The position numbers and the translations under genes are program-made. Positions 1 through 10,200 of a stretch of 64,000 bases of DNA are shown here, piece by piece. Under the pieces are notes generated by a model. The model was not told the DNA's origin and made no database searches. It was given only the letters and a program-made list of their open reading frames with translations. The stretch is from Chitinophagales bacterium (GTDB lineage Bacteria; Bacteroidota; Bacteroidia; Chitinophagales; CAIOSU01). The number at the start of each line of letters is the position of its first letter. The first letter of the stretch is position 1. The DNA is taken from positions 5,157-69,156 of the forward strand of contig JAWXCB010000031.1 of NCBI GenBank assembly GCA_034440455.1, read 5' to 3'.

Positions 1-3000
1 CAACAGTGCAATTATCGGCAGTTGCCGGCACACTTACAGAAACAGCACCAGTACATACACCTGCACCTGCGCTCTGTGTTATGTTAGCAGGACACGTGAT
101 GGTTGGTAACTGGTTATCCGTTACAGTAACCGTGAAGGTACATGTTGTCGTGTTGTTATGAATATCCCGAACAGTATAAATTACTGTTGTTGTACCAACC
201 GGATAAGTTCCGGATGCGCTATTTGTCCCTGTATAATTATTTGTTACCGATTGAACACCGCAATTATCAGATGTAGCAGGCACTGAAATAGCCGTCACCG
301 CGCTGCAGGCATTCAAATCTGTATTCTTGGCAACATTTGCCGGACACGTAATAGCAGGGGCATCATCATCCACAACAGTAATTGTTTGCGAACATGTTTG
401 ATTATAGTTGCCATTAATGTCAATTGCTTTCCAAACAATGGTAGTAGTGCCGAAGTTAAAGTTATCCTGTACGCCATTTATTACAACATTATTCACCGTT
501 GCAAATACTAATCCGATACCACAATTATCAGTATAAGAAGGAGCTGTCAGGGCAACACTTGCTTTACAAACACCTGCATCCGTTCCAATCGTGATTGGAC
601 CGGGACATGTGCCTGATACAACAGCAGGATTTTCAAAATCAATCACCGCAATAAACTGTGGCTTCGTGGTAACATTTCCATGAATATCCGTAACTGTCCA
701 TAGAATCACGGTAAGTCCTTCAGGGTAATTGCCGGTAGCATTGTTTGTTCCTGTATAGGAATTCACAACGCTTTGCACACCGCAATTATCATTTATATTA
801 TAAAGCGTTGGAATAATGAGAGTTCCCAAGCATACTCCCGGATTTGTAATCGTAAATGTGTTAATCGGGTTATCAAATGTCGGGGCTTGATTATCTACTA
901 CTGTCACAGTGAAAACACAGGTAGATGTATTATTAAAAGCATCCGTTACAGTCCAAGTCACAGATGTCGTACCAACCGGATAAGTTCCGGAAGCATTATT
1001 TGTTCCAGTGTAAGAATTGGTAACGCTGGTGATGCCCGATGCAAGACAATTGTCTAAAATCGTAATTGCAGGGATACTTACAAAAGCCTGACACACATTG
1101 ACATCATTATTTTTAGTTACGTTATTGCACTCAATCACCGGTGGGATGTTATCAATTACCGTAATTGAAGTAGTGCAGGTAGCAGTGTTACTATTTACAT
1201 CCGTAACTACCAATACAATCGTGTGAGGTGAGGTACCCACATCATTACAATTATAGAATACGCCAGCCGCATTTGTATAACTGCCTACACTGGATGTTCC
1301 TGTAACTCCAAGATTTTGAATACCGCACGCATCACTGCTTCCATTATTGATATTAGCAGGAGTAACAGTTCCCGTACCTGCGAAATCAAGTTCTAATGTA
1401 TAACTCTGACACAATGCAACCGGGGGTACCAGGTCCTGAACATTCACACTCGCGATACAAGTATTTTGATTGCTGTTCACATCCGTAACAGTAAGCACAA
1501 CCTGCTGCGCACCTACATGCGAACAATTAAAACTGGACGGGAACACCGCCAACGACTGAATTCCGCAAGCATCATTACTTCCGTTATTCACTTGCGCTGC
1601 CGTAATAGAACCTACCCCTGAAGCATTGAGTTGGAGCGTAATATTTTGGCAGATTGCATTTGGCAAAGTAGCATCCTGAATAGTAACTACAGCGCCACAG
1701 GTTGAAACATTTCCTTTCGTGTCTGTAACAGTTAATGTTACTGCATTTCCACCAACATTGGCGCATGTGAAGCTATTCGGTGACACACTTAATGTAGCAA
1801 TTCCGCAAGCGTCATTACTGCCATTATTCACAGCTGCTCCTACTATTGAAGCAGCTCCGGCAGCACTCAGGTTAACTGTGATATTCTTACAGAGAGCTAC
1901 AGGAAGAACCAAATCCTGCACCGTAACAGTTGACGTGCATGTTGAAGTATTAAGGCTTGGGTCTTTAACCGTCAGGGTAACAGTATTCGCACCGGTATTC
2001 ACGCAACCAAATGTAGTTGGCGAAGCAGTCAAAGTAACTCCGCACGCATCGCTGCTGCCATTATTAATTTGAGCCGGAGTGATAGAAACTGTTCCTAAAG
2101 AATTTAACTGAACTGTAATGTTCTTACAAATAGCTACAGGAAGCGTTACATCCTGAACCGTTACCGTTGAAGTGCAGGTTGCGGTATTTCCGCTCGGGTC
2201 AGTGGCTGTTAAAGTAATGGTGTTATTTCCCACGTTCACACAACCAAAAGACGTTTGAGAAGCCGTTAATACAAATCCGCAGGCATCGCTACTACCAGAA
2301 TTAATCTGTGAAGGTATGATAGATGCGCTGCCGGCACCATTTAACTGGATAGTAATATTTTGACAAGCTGCAACGGGATTTGTTGCGTCTATAATGGTTA
2401 CAGTTGAAGAACACGTTGCTGCATTGCCATTTACATCAGTAACAGTGAGTGTAACTGTATTTGCGCCAACATTTGAACAACCAAACGCATTCGGAGTTAC
2501 GCTTAATGTCGCCACTCCGCACTCATCCGTGCTGCCATTATTCACTTGGCTGGCAACAATCGAAGCGCTGCCGCCTGCGCTCAGGGTAACTGAAATACTC
2601 TTGCACAGTGCCGTTGGTGGCTTGTTATCTACAACTGTAACAGTGAAACTGCACGAAGCTGAATTTCCCTGAAGGTCAGTAGCCCTCCACACATTCGTTG
2701 TAACTCCAACCGGGTTAAATGCGCCACTTGCAAAACCGCTCAGTTGAGCTACGCTTACAGTAATACAATTATCCGTTGCTGTTGGTGTGCTATAAGCTAC
2801 TGATGCTCCGCATGAACCGAGAGAATTAAATACAGAGATACTCGCAGGACAAGTGATAACCGGAGGCGCGGTTTCATTAATTGTTACCGTAAAAGTGCAT
2901 GTTGCTGAATTACTAAACGCATCTGTTGACCTCCATCTTACTGTAGTGGTTCCCACAGGAAATAAAGAACCGCTTGATAAACCTAAAAGCAATGTAAGTG

Positions 3001-5191
3001 TCGGGGGGTTTGTGCAATTATCGCTGGAGGAAACGCTATAAGACACCGTTCCGCCACAAGAAGATCCATCAGCGCCTTGTGAAATATTAGCCGGACAGGT
3101 GATTGAGGGCGCCTGCACATCATTTACTGTTACATTAAAACTGCATGTAGTGCTGTTACCGGAAGCATCAGTAGCTCTAAAACTTACAAGTGTAGTTCCG
3201 ACAGGAAAAGTAGAACCGCTTTGAAAACCAGTTAAAAGTAAGGCTGTAGTACCCGGGCAATTATCACTAAGACTACCTGTAAAAGTTGTTACCGCTCCGC
3301 AAACATTTATGTCGTTGTTTTTAGTTAAGCTGGCAGGGCAAGTGAAAAGAGGAAATTCATTATCAACAATCGTTACCGTAAAACTGCATTGAGCCGTATT
3401 TCCGGAAACATCTGTTACCCTGAACGTGTTTGTCGTAACCCCAACCGGGAAGAAAGAACCGCTGGAAAGCCCTGTTAACTGAGCAAAAATTGGGCTGGGG
3501 CAATTATCGCCAAAGGATGGAGTAGTATAGGATACTATCCTGCCGCACTGCCCAGCAGTGTTGAATTGAGAAACATTAAAAGGACATGTGATTGTTGGAA
3601 GAGTAATATCCTGAACTGTGATATTTACAGTGGAAGTAGCTGTACATCCTTTAGAGTCTGTAACCCGTAATGTATAAAACGTGGTTGAAAGAGGGGTCGC
3701 GATTGGATTCGAAACGGTAGCGCTGCTTAAACCGGTTGCTGGCGTCCATAGATAGGTAAGCGCACCCGTGCCTCCGCTGCCTGAAGGACTGCCGCCCAAA
3801 TTAGCCGAACTTCCGCCCTGAGGACAAATCGTTTGCGGAGAACCTGCATTTGCAAAAATTTGCGGGTTTGAAGTCAGTGAATAATCTGCCGATGTGGTCG
3901 AGCATCCTGGCGCACATGAGTTTGTTACTACTACTCGATAATTATGAGTACCCGTGCCGTGTATTGCAGTAGAAACAATCAGATTTGCCCCTGCTCCATT
4001 CACCAAAATTGGCGAACCATTCCGAGACCATTGATATGTTGATATCGTTCCGCAACCCGCTGCAGCTCCCGCGCTAAGCGTTGCCGTTCCGTTATAGCAG
4101 AAATTATTTGTATCAAAGCAGTTTGTGCAACTAACCGTTGTGGTAGGATTCGCATTCACATTCAATGTTACTTGATTTGAAGATGAGGCAGAACATCCTC
4201 CATTACTCTGTGTTACAGTAATGTCATAAACTCCGGCATGAGCAGCAGAAACAGGGTTAATGGTGTAAGTAGTACCTGTGCCTGACTGCACGGTTGAACT
4301 ATTTCTCCTGAAAGTGATATTCGTAATCGTACCGCTTCCCGCAGAAGCAACACCGGTAAATGTTACCGAAGAGCCTACACATGCGTTAGTCGGACCCGAA
4401 ATCGTAGCTGTGGGAAATAAATAAGAGGTTACCGTAGTGGTAGCAGCGCAATTACCCAAAGTGTATGTAATAGTATGCGTTGCATTTAAGTTCGGAGCTA
4501 CGAATGTTGCCTGAGTTCCGTTGATACCCGTAATGCTACATCCTGAACTTGTGCAGGATGCTGACCATGTTCCGCCCGATTGGGTAGCCGTGATTGTAGT
4601 TGACGCTCCGCTGCAAATAACCCCTGAAGCAGCACTGATAGTCGGAGGAATCTGGCGATATTTCAAGATAGCAGAAACGCCAGTAAAGTCATGCCCCTGA
4701 CAGTTAAACCTGTTCACCTGAACCCGATACCAGTCCGTAGCTGCCGGCTGAATCGTTAACGAGGCAGTGGTTCCACCACACCATGGACCATTGTCATCAC
4801 CATAGGCGTAGAAGTTATTGGCGTTACCATCATACTTCCAAACTGAAAGCTGGGTATCGAAACTTGAGCCGCAGGTTGATACTTCGTATTGCGCACCCGC
4901 TGTCAAGAAGAGCCAACTATAAGTATTACTCCCCATAGAAACCTGAGTAGTTTGATTACATCCCGGAGGCGTTTCACTGACGATTGGACCGAAACCTGAC
5001 ATGGCGCATTGCGCATTGGTGTCAAGCGAAAGCCCGAGCGACAGCAATAAAACAAAAAAGCCTACTGCATGAAAATACTGCAATAAGCCTTTGCTTTTTT
5101 TATTGTTCTCGCATACTACAGTTGCTGAACAACACGTTTCAATCACAATTGAATGTGAAGGGTTGGTTGGTTGGTAAAGAGTCCTTTCCAT
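1..5191 (-). CDS. Giant cell-surface adhesin with HYR-type and Ig-like repeat modules (partial; 3' end lies beyond the window edge)
   Basis: My hand translation found an uninterrupted reverse-strand frame from position 1 up to an ATG at 5191. It is absent from the ORF track because no stop lies in the window. The translation has a signal-peptide-like N-terminus (..KKSKGLLQYFHAVGFFVLLLSLGLSLDTNAQC). Cys-paired Ig-like modules follow. About 15 consecutive ~80-aa modules then match the HYR pattern (P.ITCP.N......C.A.V....P.A.DNC......G..SG..FPVGTT.V.....D..GN...C.F.VTV.D). The start is uncertain: in-frame GTG and TTG codons lie between 5191 and the hydrophobic core. Confidence 0.85.
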   Translation of the reverse strand, partial: MERTLYQPTNPSHSIVIETCCSATVVCENNKKSKGLLQYFHAVGFFVLLLSLGLSLDTNAQCAMSGFGPIVSETPPGCNQTTQVSMGSNTYSWLFLTAGAQYEVSTCGSSFDTQLSVWKYDGNANNFYAYGDDNGPWCGGTTASLTIQPAATDWYRVQVNRFNCQGHDFTGVSAILKYRQIPPTISAASGVICSGASTTITATQSGGTWSASCTSSGCSITGINGTQATFVAPNLNATHTITYTLGNCAATTTVTSYLFPTATISGPTNACVGSSVTFTGVASAGSGTITNITFRRNSSTVQSGTGTTYTINPVSAAHAGVYDITVTQSNGGCSASSSNQVTLNVNANPTTTVSCTNCFDTNNFCYNGTATLSAGAAAGCGTISTYQWSRNGSPILVNGAGANLIVSTAIHGTGTHNYRVVVTNSCAPGCSTTSADYSLTSNPQIFANAGSPQTICPQGGSSANLGGSPSGSGGTGALTYLWTPATGLSSATVSNPIATPLSTTFYTLRVTDSKGCTATSTVNITVQDITLPTITCPFNVSQFNTAGQCGRIVSYTTPSFGDNCPSPIFAQLTGLSSGSFFPVGVTTNTFRVTDVSGNTAQCSFTVTIVDNEFPLFTCPASLTKNNDINVCGAVTTFTGSLSDNCPGTTALLLTGFQSGSTFPVGTTLVSFRATDASGNSTTCSFNVTVNDVQAPSITCPANISQGADGSSCGGTVSYSVSSSDNCTNPPTLTLLLGLSSGSLFPVGTTTVRWRSTDAFSNSATCTFTVTINETAPPVITCPASISVFNSLGSCGASVAYSTPTATDNCITVSVAQLSGFASGAFNPVGVTTNVWRATDLQGNSASCSFTVTVVDNKPPTALCKSISVTLSAGGSASIVASQVNNGSTDECGVATLSVTPNAFGCSNVGANTVTLTVTDVNGNAATCSSTVTIIDATNPVAACQNITIQLNGAGSASIIPSQINSGSSDACGFVLTASQTSFGCVNVGNNTITLTATDPSGNTATCTSTVTVQDVTLPVAICKNITVQLNSLGTVSITPAQINNGSSDACGVTLTASPTTFGCVNTGANTVTLTVKDPSLNTSTCTSTVTVQDLVLPVALCKNITVNLSAAGAASIVGAAVNNGSNDACGIATLSVSPNSFTCANVGGNAVTLTVTDTKGNVSTCGAVVTIQDATLPNAICQNITLQLNASGVGSITAAQVNNGSNDACGIQSLAVFPSSFNCSHVGAQQVVLTVTDVNSNQNTCIASVNVQDLVPPVALCQSYTLELDFAGTGTVTPANINNGSSDACGIQNLGVTGTSSVGSYTNAAGVFYNCNDVGTSPHTIVLVVTDVNSNTATCTTSITVIDNIPPVIECNNVTKNNDVNVCQAFVSIPAITILDNCLASGITSVTNSYTGTNNASGTYPVGTTSVTWTVTDAFNNTSTCVFTVTVVDNQAPTFDNPINTFTITNPGVCLGTLIIPTLYNINDNCGVQSVVNSYTGTNNATGNYPEGLTVILWTVTDIHGNVTTKPQFIAVIDFENPAVVSGTCPGPITIGTDAGVCKASVALTAPSYTDNCGIGLVFATVNNVVINGVQDNFNFGTTTIVWKAIDINGNYNQTCSQTITVVDDDAPAITCPANVAKNTDLNACSAVTAISVPATSDNCGVQSVTNNYTGTNSASGTYPVGTTTVIYTVRDIHNNTTTCTFTVTVTDNQLPTITCPANITQSAGAGVCTGAVSVSVPATADNCTV
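1150..2630 (-). repeat. Six tandem ~240-bp coding repeats inside the adhesin gene
   Basis: The block ..ccgca.gcatc..t.ct.cc.ttatt.a.. recurs near 1322, 1562, 1801, 2039, 2275 and 2515. Each unit translates to C(K/Q)NIT.QLN..G..SI....(I/V)NNGS.DACG......S...F.C.NVG.N.VTLTVTD..GN..TC...VT(V/I)QD. HYR-type modules of ~245-270 bp flank it on both sides (1-1150 and 2630-3600). Confidence 0.8.
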
Positions 5192-5414
5192 AGGAATACA
5201 GGGGTTTTTTAAAAAAATAATTCGCCTTCTTCAAGGCTATTTAATCCAAATTAATCAATAAATCCAATTCTTTTCAAACTTTTTTTGAAACTTTCTCCTC
5301 TACATAATAATCTCCCAAAATATCACTTTTCAAAAATTCAACAAACGCTCTGCCCTCTTCCATCGTCAAGAATATAAAAATACGTGTTTATACTTACGCA
5401 GTTTTCGCAAAAAT

Positions 5415-5726
5415 TTACTTTGCCACATTACTCGCTTCCTTATATTTTCCTGACCATTTGTATAGAATATTCTGAATCTGCCGTTCGCTGATGTTATAAA
5501 TCTCCGCCACTTCAATTACTGTGTTGCTGCTGCGTCCGCGGTTTTTTTCAAGCCTTTCATAATAGTCGCTTACAATCATGTAATTCCTCAGGCGCTCGGG
5601 GTCGGTGATGCCGTCAGTAATCATACTCACCAAGAGTTTCCGCGCATCGGGGCTTGCTTCAAATTTATTCATGTAGATTTCCATGAACCGCTTGATAATA
5701 TCAATCTTGTTGGGATGTTTTGCCAT
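5415..5726 (-). CDS. Small helix-turn-helix protein (103 aa), putative DNA-binding regulator
   Basis: Tracked ORF. The C-terminal segment NTVIEVAEIYNISERQIQNILYKW resembles a sigma-70 region-4 / resolvase-type HTH. It is co-oriented with, and 223 bp upstream of, the giant adhesin gene. Confidence 0.6.
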   Translation of the reverse strand: MAKHPNKIDIIKRFMEIYMNKFEASPDARKLLVSMITDGITDPERLRNYMIVSDYYERLEKNRGRSSNTVIEVAEIYNISERQIQNILYKWSGKYKEASNVAK

Positions 5727-5852
5727 GATTCCGCAGGGTTAAAGCTATGAAAGATGTTTAATAATCTCGGTTAATTCCGCGTGAAATTTTTGAAATGCTC
5801 CGAGTTTCAATTCCGTAATTTATTCGCGGCACTGAGAAAAGTCAATTTTTAT

Positions 5853-5949
5853 TTAAGGGCAGTTCTAAAAATTGCTTTTTTACCGCCTCACCCCATCCCT
5901 CTCCACAAGGAGAGGGAGTTGGAAATAGAATTTTTAGAACTGCCCTTAA
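5853..5949. repeat. MITE/REP-like palindromic element, copy 1 (21-bp perfect terminal inverted repeats around a GGAGAGGG core)
   Basis: ttaagggcagttctaaaaatt (5853-5873) is the exact reverse complement of aatttttagaactgcccttaa (5929-5949). The core ccgcctcaccccatccctctccacaaggagagggagttgg (5883-5922) contains the hairpin ccctctcc/ggagaggg. The tracked ORF 5781..6092 only translates this element (..PPHPIPLHKERELE..). Confidence 0.8.
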
Positions 5950-5989
5950 AAGAAAAAGTGAGAGGACTAAAACAACTTGTTGTTAGCAA

Positions 5990-7219
5990 TTATTTCAGGT
6001 TGCTCCTATTTAAGCGCAATTGTTCTTTATACCAACTAAATAGTTTTTCTCCTGTCCACACGTATCCCTTGCCACGCATGTGCACGTCATAATTCCAATA
6101 AAGATGATTGCCTCTTTTTTCTTCTTCCCAAACCAAAGGAGACAAATCGAGAAACGGGATTTTTAATTCCTGGCAATTGTGCGATAAAGCGTTTACAAGT
6201 TGCTTGTATGTTTCACCAGTCAGATCCATCGAATCGGGGCATGACCTGCAACTTTCTTTTTGAAAGGTGTAATAATAATTTGTTACCTGGCTGCGCGAGG
6301 GTAAATGGGCAACGAATAACTCCACTCCGTATTTGCTGCAATAGCTTTTAAGAAAAGCCAGCTCATTTGAAATATTAATGAGCTGACGGAATCTTTCCTC
6401 CTTTCTGTAAATGATGTCAACATTTCCCGGATCAAATTTTCCGCTGCGAATTGCGTCAGCGATATGAGGCGTTACCTCCTCTCTGAGCGTGCGCTCACCG
6501 TCAGGCGCATCGTTGAGTTGCTTATTGATAAGGTCTGTAGTAATGAAATAACTTTTTTTTATTGGAAACCTGAAAGGGAGCATTTCATCTCTCTGCAATA
6601 TTTCAATCAGTTCCCATAACCTCGGTTTAAGCTTGTTGTTGAATTCAGGCTTTATGGGCGCAAGCGTATTGAAAGGTTTGAAATAATAATTATCATTCGC
6701 ATAGGTAAGAAGGAGGATGTAATCCGGTTGGAATAAGGGTAGCGCATCAACAATAAGCTTTGCGTAAGTATTAAGGTTGCCGGAGGCGATTCCCATATTC
6801 ATCAAATCTATTTCAACTTCTGCTTTATCAGCGTCCCGTTGAAACGATGCGGAAACCGTTTCAGCATCTTCCGCTAAAATCCCTTCTGCAAAGCTGTCGC
6901 CCACCAACAGAATGCGCTTTTTGCCGGGCTGCTTTTGCATTTTCCAATTCCTGTCGCGAAATCCATAGTTATTAAGTGTTTCTATAAATTCTGCTGCCGT
7001 ATCGGGTAGTGATATAGACGACAGGAACATATTCCGCACCGGCTTGCCTTGTTCAGCCGAGGCGAGTTGGATGTAGTTGATGCGGTTGAAGTTTTTAATT
7101 TCAGGAACAGGAAATAAAAACCGCAGTACAGCCTCCTGAAAAAGAAGTACAAGAATTATGTAAGCGCCAATCCGTAAACTTTTCACAACTTCAATCCTGA
7201 ATTTTGATTTAATAAACAA
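5990..7219 (-). CDS. SGNH/GDSL-type hydrolase or O-acyl-transfer family protein, N-terminally membrane anchored
   Basis: Block I motif ILLVGDSFAEG (GDS). C-terminal D-x-H block (YWNYDVHMRG). N-terminal hydrophobic helix (IGAYIILVLLF). Confidence 0.65.
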   Translation of the reverse strand: MFIKSKFRIEVVKSLRIGAYIILVLLFQEAVLRFLFPVPEIKNFNRINYIQLASAEQGKPVRNMFLSSISLPDTAAEFIETLNNYGFRDRNWKMQKQPGKKRILLVGDSFAEGILAEDAETVSASFQRDADKAEVEIDLMNMGIASGNLNTYAKLIVDALPLFQPDYILLLTYANDNYYFKPFNTLAPIKPEFNNKLKPRLWELIEILQRDEMLPFRFPIKKSYFITTDLINKQLNDAPDGERTLREEVTPHIADAIRSGKFDPGNVDIIYRKEERFRQLINISNELAFLKSYCSKYGVELFVAHLPSRSQVTNYYYTFQKESCRSCPDSMDLTGETYKQLVNALSHNCQELKIPFLDLSPLVWEEEKRGNHLYWNYDVHMRGKGYVWTGEKLFSWYKEQLRLNRSNLK

Positions 7220-7265
7220 CTATTAGAAGCAATACAAAATTCAATAAAATAAAAACAGCGGGCGC

Positions 7266-10200
7266 ATGAGAAATCATCAGAGCATTTGGGTTTTATGGGT
7301 TTTCTCCCTCGTTGCCTGCAAGAATAATCTGAAAGAGGAAAATCCGGATTCTTTATTCACGCTGGTTCCTGTTGCTCATTCAAAAGTTGATTTCAGAACA
7401 ACATTCACAGCCGACCCTGATGACCTCACAGGCTTCAGCACAGGTTCCGGGGTAAGCACAGGCGATATGAATAATGACGGACTCGCTGACATCCTCTTTG
7501 CAGGAGGTGAAGATAAAACCCGCCTTTTTCTCAATAAAGGAAATTTTGTTTTTGAAGACATCACTGAAACATCAGGAGTTACTGATGGAATAAAAAAATG
7601 CAAAACAGAAGCCGTTTTCCTTGTCGACATCAACGGTGACGGATGGTTAGACATCTACCTTACCAAATATGGGTTGGAAGCAAATGCTGACAATACGCAG
7701 TTTACCGACTACGGCAGCAACCTTCTTTTTATTAATCAGCAAAATCTCACCTTCAGGGAGCAAGGGCAGACCTATGGACTTAATATCGTTGGCTACACTT
7801 TATCAGCAAACTTTTTCGATTATGATAATGATGGCGATCTTGACGCCTTTATATTGACTTCCCCCGACAAGGGCAACGCCTTTGACTTCAACTTTTATCA
7901 ATCACGTCCGCCCTTTCAGGTTTTTGCAAATCGTTTTCTTGAAAATATTGGCGACCAATTCATCAACGTAACCGAACAAGCAGGCATCCTCACGCAGCGG
8001 TGCATGGGACAAAGCGCTTCTACGGCAGACATTAATAATGACGGCTGGCTGGACCTCTATATTGCCAATGATTTTTTTGGAAAGGATTACGTCTATATGA
8101 ACAACGGAAATAAGACGTTCACCGAAAAATCATCTGAGGTTCTGCCCAAATCCACCATGTCGTCTATGGGTTCTGACTTTGCAGACATCAATCATGATGG
8201 ATGGCTCGACCTGTTCAGCGGAGAGATGATGCCCGAAGGCGCAGTGAGGCGCAAGATGAATCTGGTTCCTTTTTCCATCGAAACCTATAACTACATGCAG
8301 AAAAACGGCATGGCGCAGTATCAGCGGAACATGCTGCAACTGAACCGGCAAGGAAAAAAATTCAAGGACATCGGCTGCATGGCAGGCGTGGAAGCCACGG
8401 AATGGAGTTGGGCAAGCCTGTTTGCTGATTTCGATAATGACGGGCTGGATGATTTGTTTGTGGCAAACGGAATTAAGCGCGACATCACCAACATGGATTT
8501 CGTGAAAACAAATTATGGGAAAGATTATACCAAAATGGCGCACCCTGATTATTTCGCCTACGGGAAAGAGAAAATGAATCAGTTGCCTTCGGTGAAAACC
8601 ATGAATTCCATTTTTAAGAATAACGGCAACCTCACATTCACGAAGATGAGCGAAGCATGGGGCTTAGATAAGCCTGTTCACAGCCGGGGCGCTGCTGTTG
8701 CCGACCTTGATAATGACGGGGATTTGGACATCGTCATCAATAATATTGACACCGTTGCTTTTATCTATGAGAACCACGCAAGTGAAAAACTACACAGAAA
8801 TTTCTTCCGCGTGAAGCTTGCCGGTGAAAAGCAAAATGATTTTGGGTTAGGTGCGCGAGTGTATGTTTTCACTGGAGGCAACATGCAGCTGAAAGAACTT
8901 TCCTGCGTGCGCGGCTACAAATCATCTCCCGAACCCATCTTGCATTTCGGGTTAGACACGATTGCCACTATTGATAGCCTGAAAGTGGTGTGGCTTGGCG
9001 GAAAAACGGAAACGCAATACAACATCAAAGCAAATCAATTCTACACGTTGAAAGAGCAGGATGCAAAAAATCATACCCTGTATTCAACCACAAAAAAACC
9101 CACAATTTTTAATGACGTGACAAATCCACTTTTAACAGAGCCTTTTGTTCATGTTGAATCTCCCTACAACGATTTTAAAAATTACCGCCTGTTTCACCGC
9201 ATGTTTTCAAAAGAAGGACCCTGCATCGCTGCCGCAGATGTAAATAAGGACGGCTTGGATGATTTCTATGTGGGCGGTGCAGCAGGACAATCCGGGAAAC
9301 TGTATGTGCAGCAGCAAGACGGCAAATTCAAAATCTCCGCAGCACAACCCTGGGCTTCCGATATGCAGTATGAAGAGACAGCCTGCGCTTTCTTTGATGC
9401 AAATGACGATGGCGCTCCCGATTTGTACATCGGCAGCGGCAGCAGCGAGTTTGAGACGAATTCGCCTTCACTTAGGGATAGATTATTTCTGAATGACGGA
9501 AAAGGCAAATTCACATTTGCCAGTGATGCGCTTCCCGACATCCGCATTTATACGTCCTGTGTCGCTGCGTTTGATTTTGATTTGGATGGCGACCTGGATT
9601 TGTTTGTGGGCGGAAGAATGGCGCCCGAAAGTTATCCCATGCCTCCGGGAAACCTGCTGCTGCAAAACACGAATGGAAAATTCGAAGATGTCACCGATAA
9701 AGTTGCACCCGAACTCCGCGCTATCGGACTTGTAACTGCCGCTGCCTGGGTTGATTACAACAAGGACAAATCAAGTGATTTGCTTTTAGTGGGCGAATGG
9801 ATGCCGCCAACAATTTTTGAAAACAAAAATGGCACATTTACCAAATCCTCCATTTCCTCTCTGAATAATTTCACCGGCTGGTGGAATACAATCCTTGCTA
9901 ACGATTTCGACAAGGATGGCGACCTGGATTTCATTGCCGGTAATCACGGGTTGAATTCCATCTTCAAAGCATCTGAAAAAGAACCTGTCACCATTTATGC
10001 AGGCGATTTTGATAACAACGGAACGAGCGATCCTGTTGTGTTTCATTACATCACCGGAAAAAATGTTCCATTTGTGAATCGGGATTTGTTCTGCGAGCAA
10101 ATGCCCGCATTCAACAACAAATTTTACACGTTTGAAAATTATGCGAAGGCTTCCATAAACGATATCTTCACGCCTGAGCAGCAAGCCTCAAGCTACAAGC

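Noticed and set aside
773-3041. Plus-strand ORFs 773..1057, 1719..2072, 2394..2672 and 2853..3041, and the minus-strand ORF 1584..1766
   Set aside because: All lie inside the long uninterrupted minus-strand adhesin frame. Their translations are low-complexity mirror images of the repeat modules (V/T/A/L-rich). They are antisense or off-frame artefacts of repetitive coding DNA.
5781-6092. 103-aa plus-strand ORF
   Set aside because: Its middle (..LPPHPIPLHKERELEIEF..) is the literal translation of the REP/MITE copy at 5853-5949. Its 3' end overlaps the SGNH hydrolase gene on the other strand. It has no coding features.
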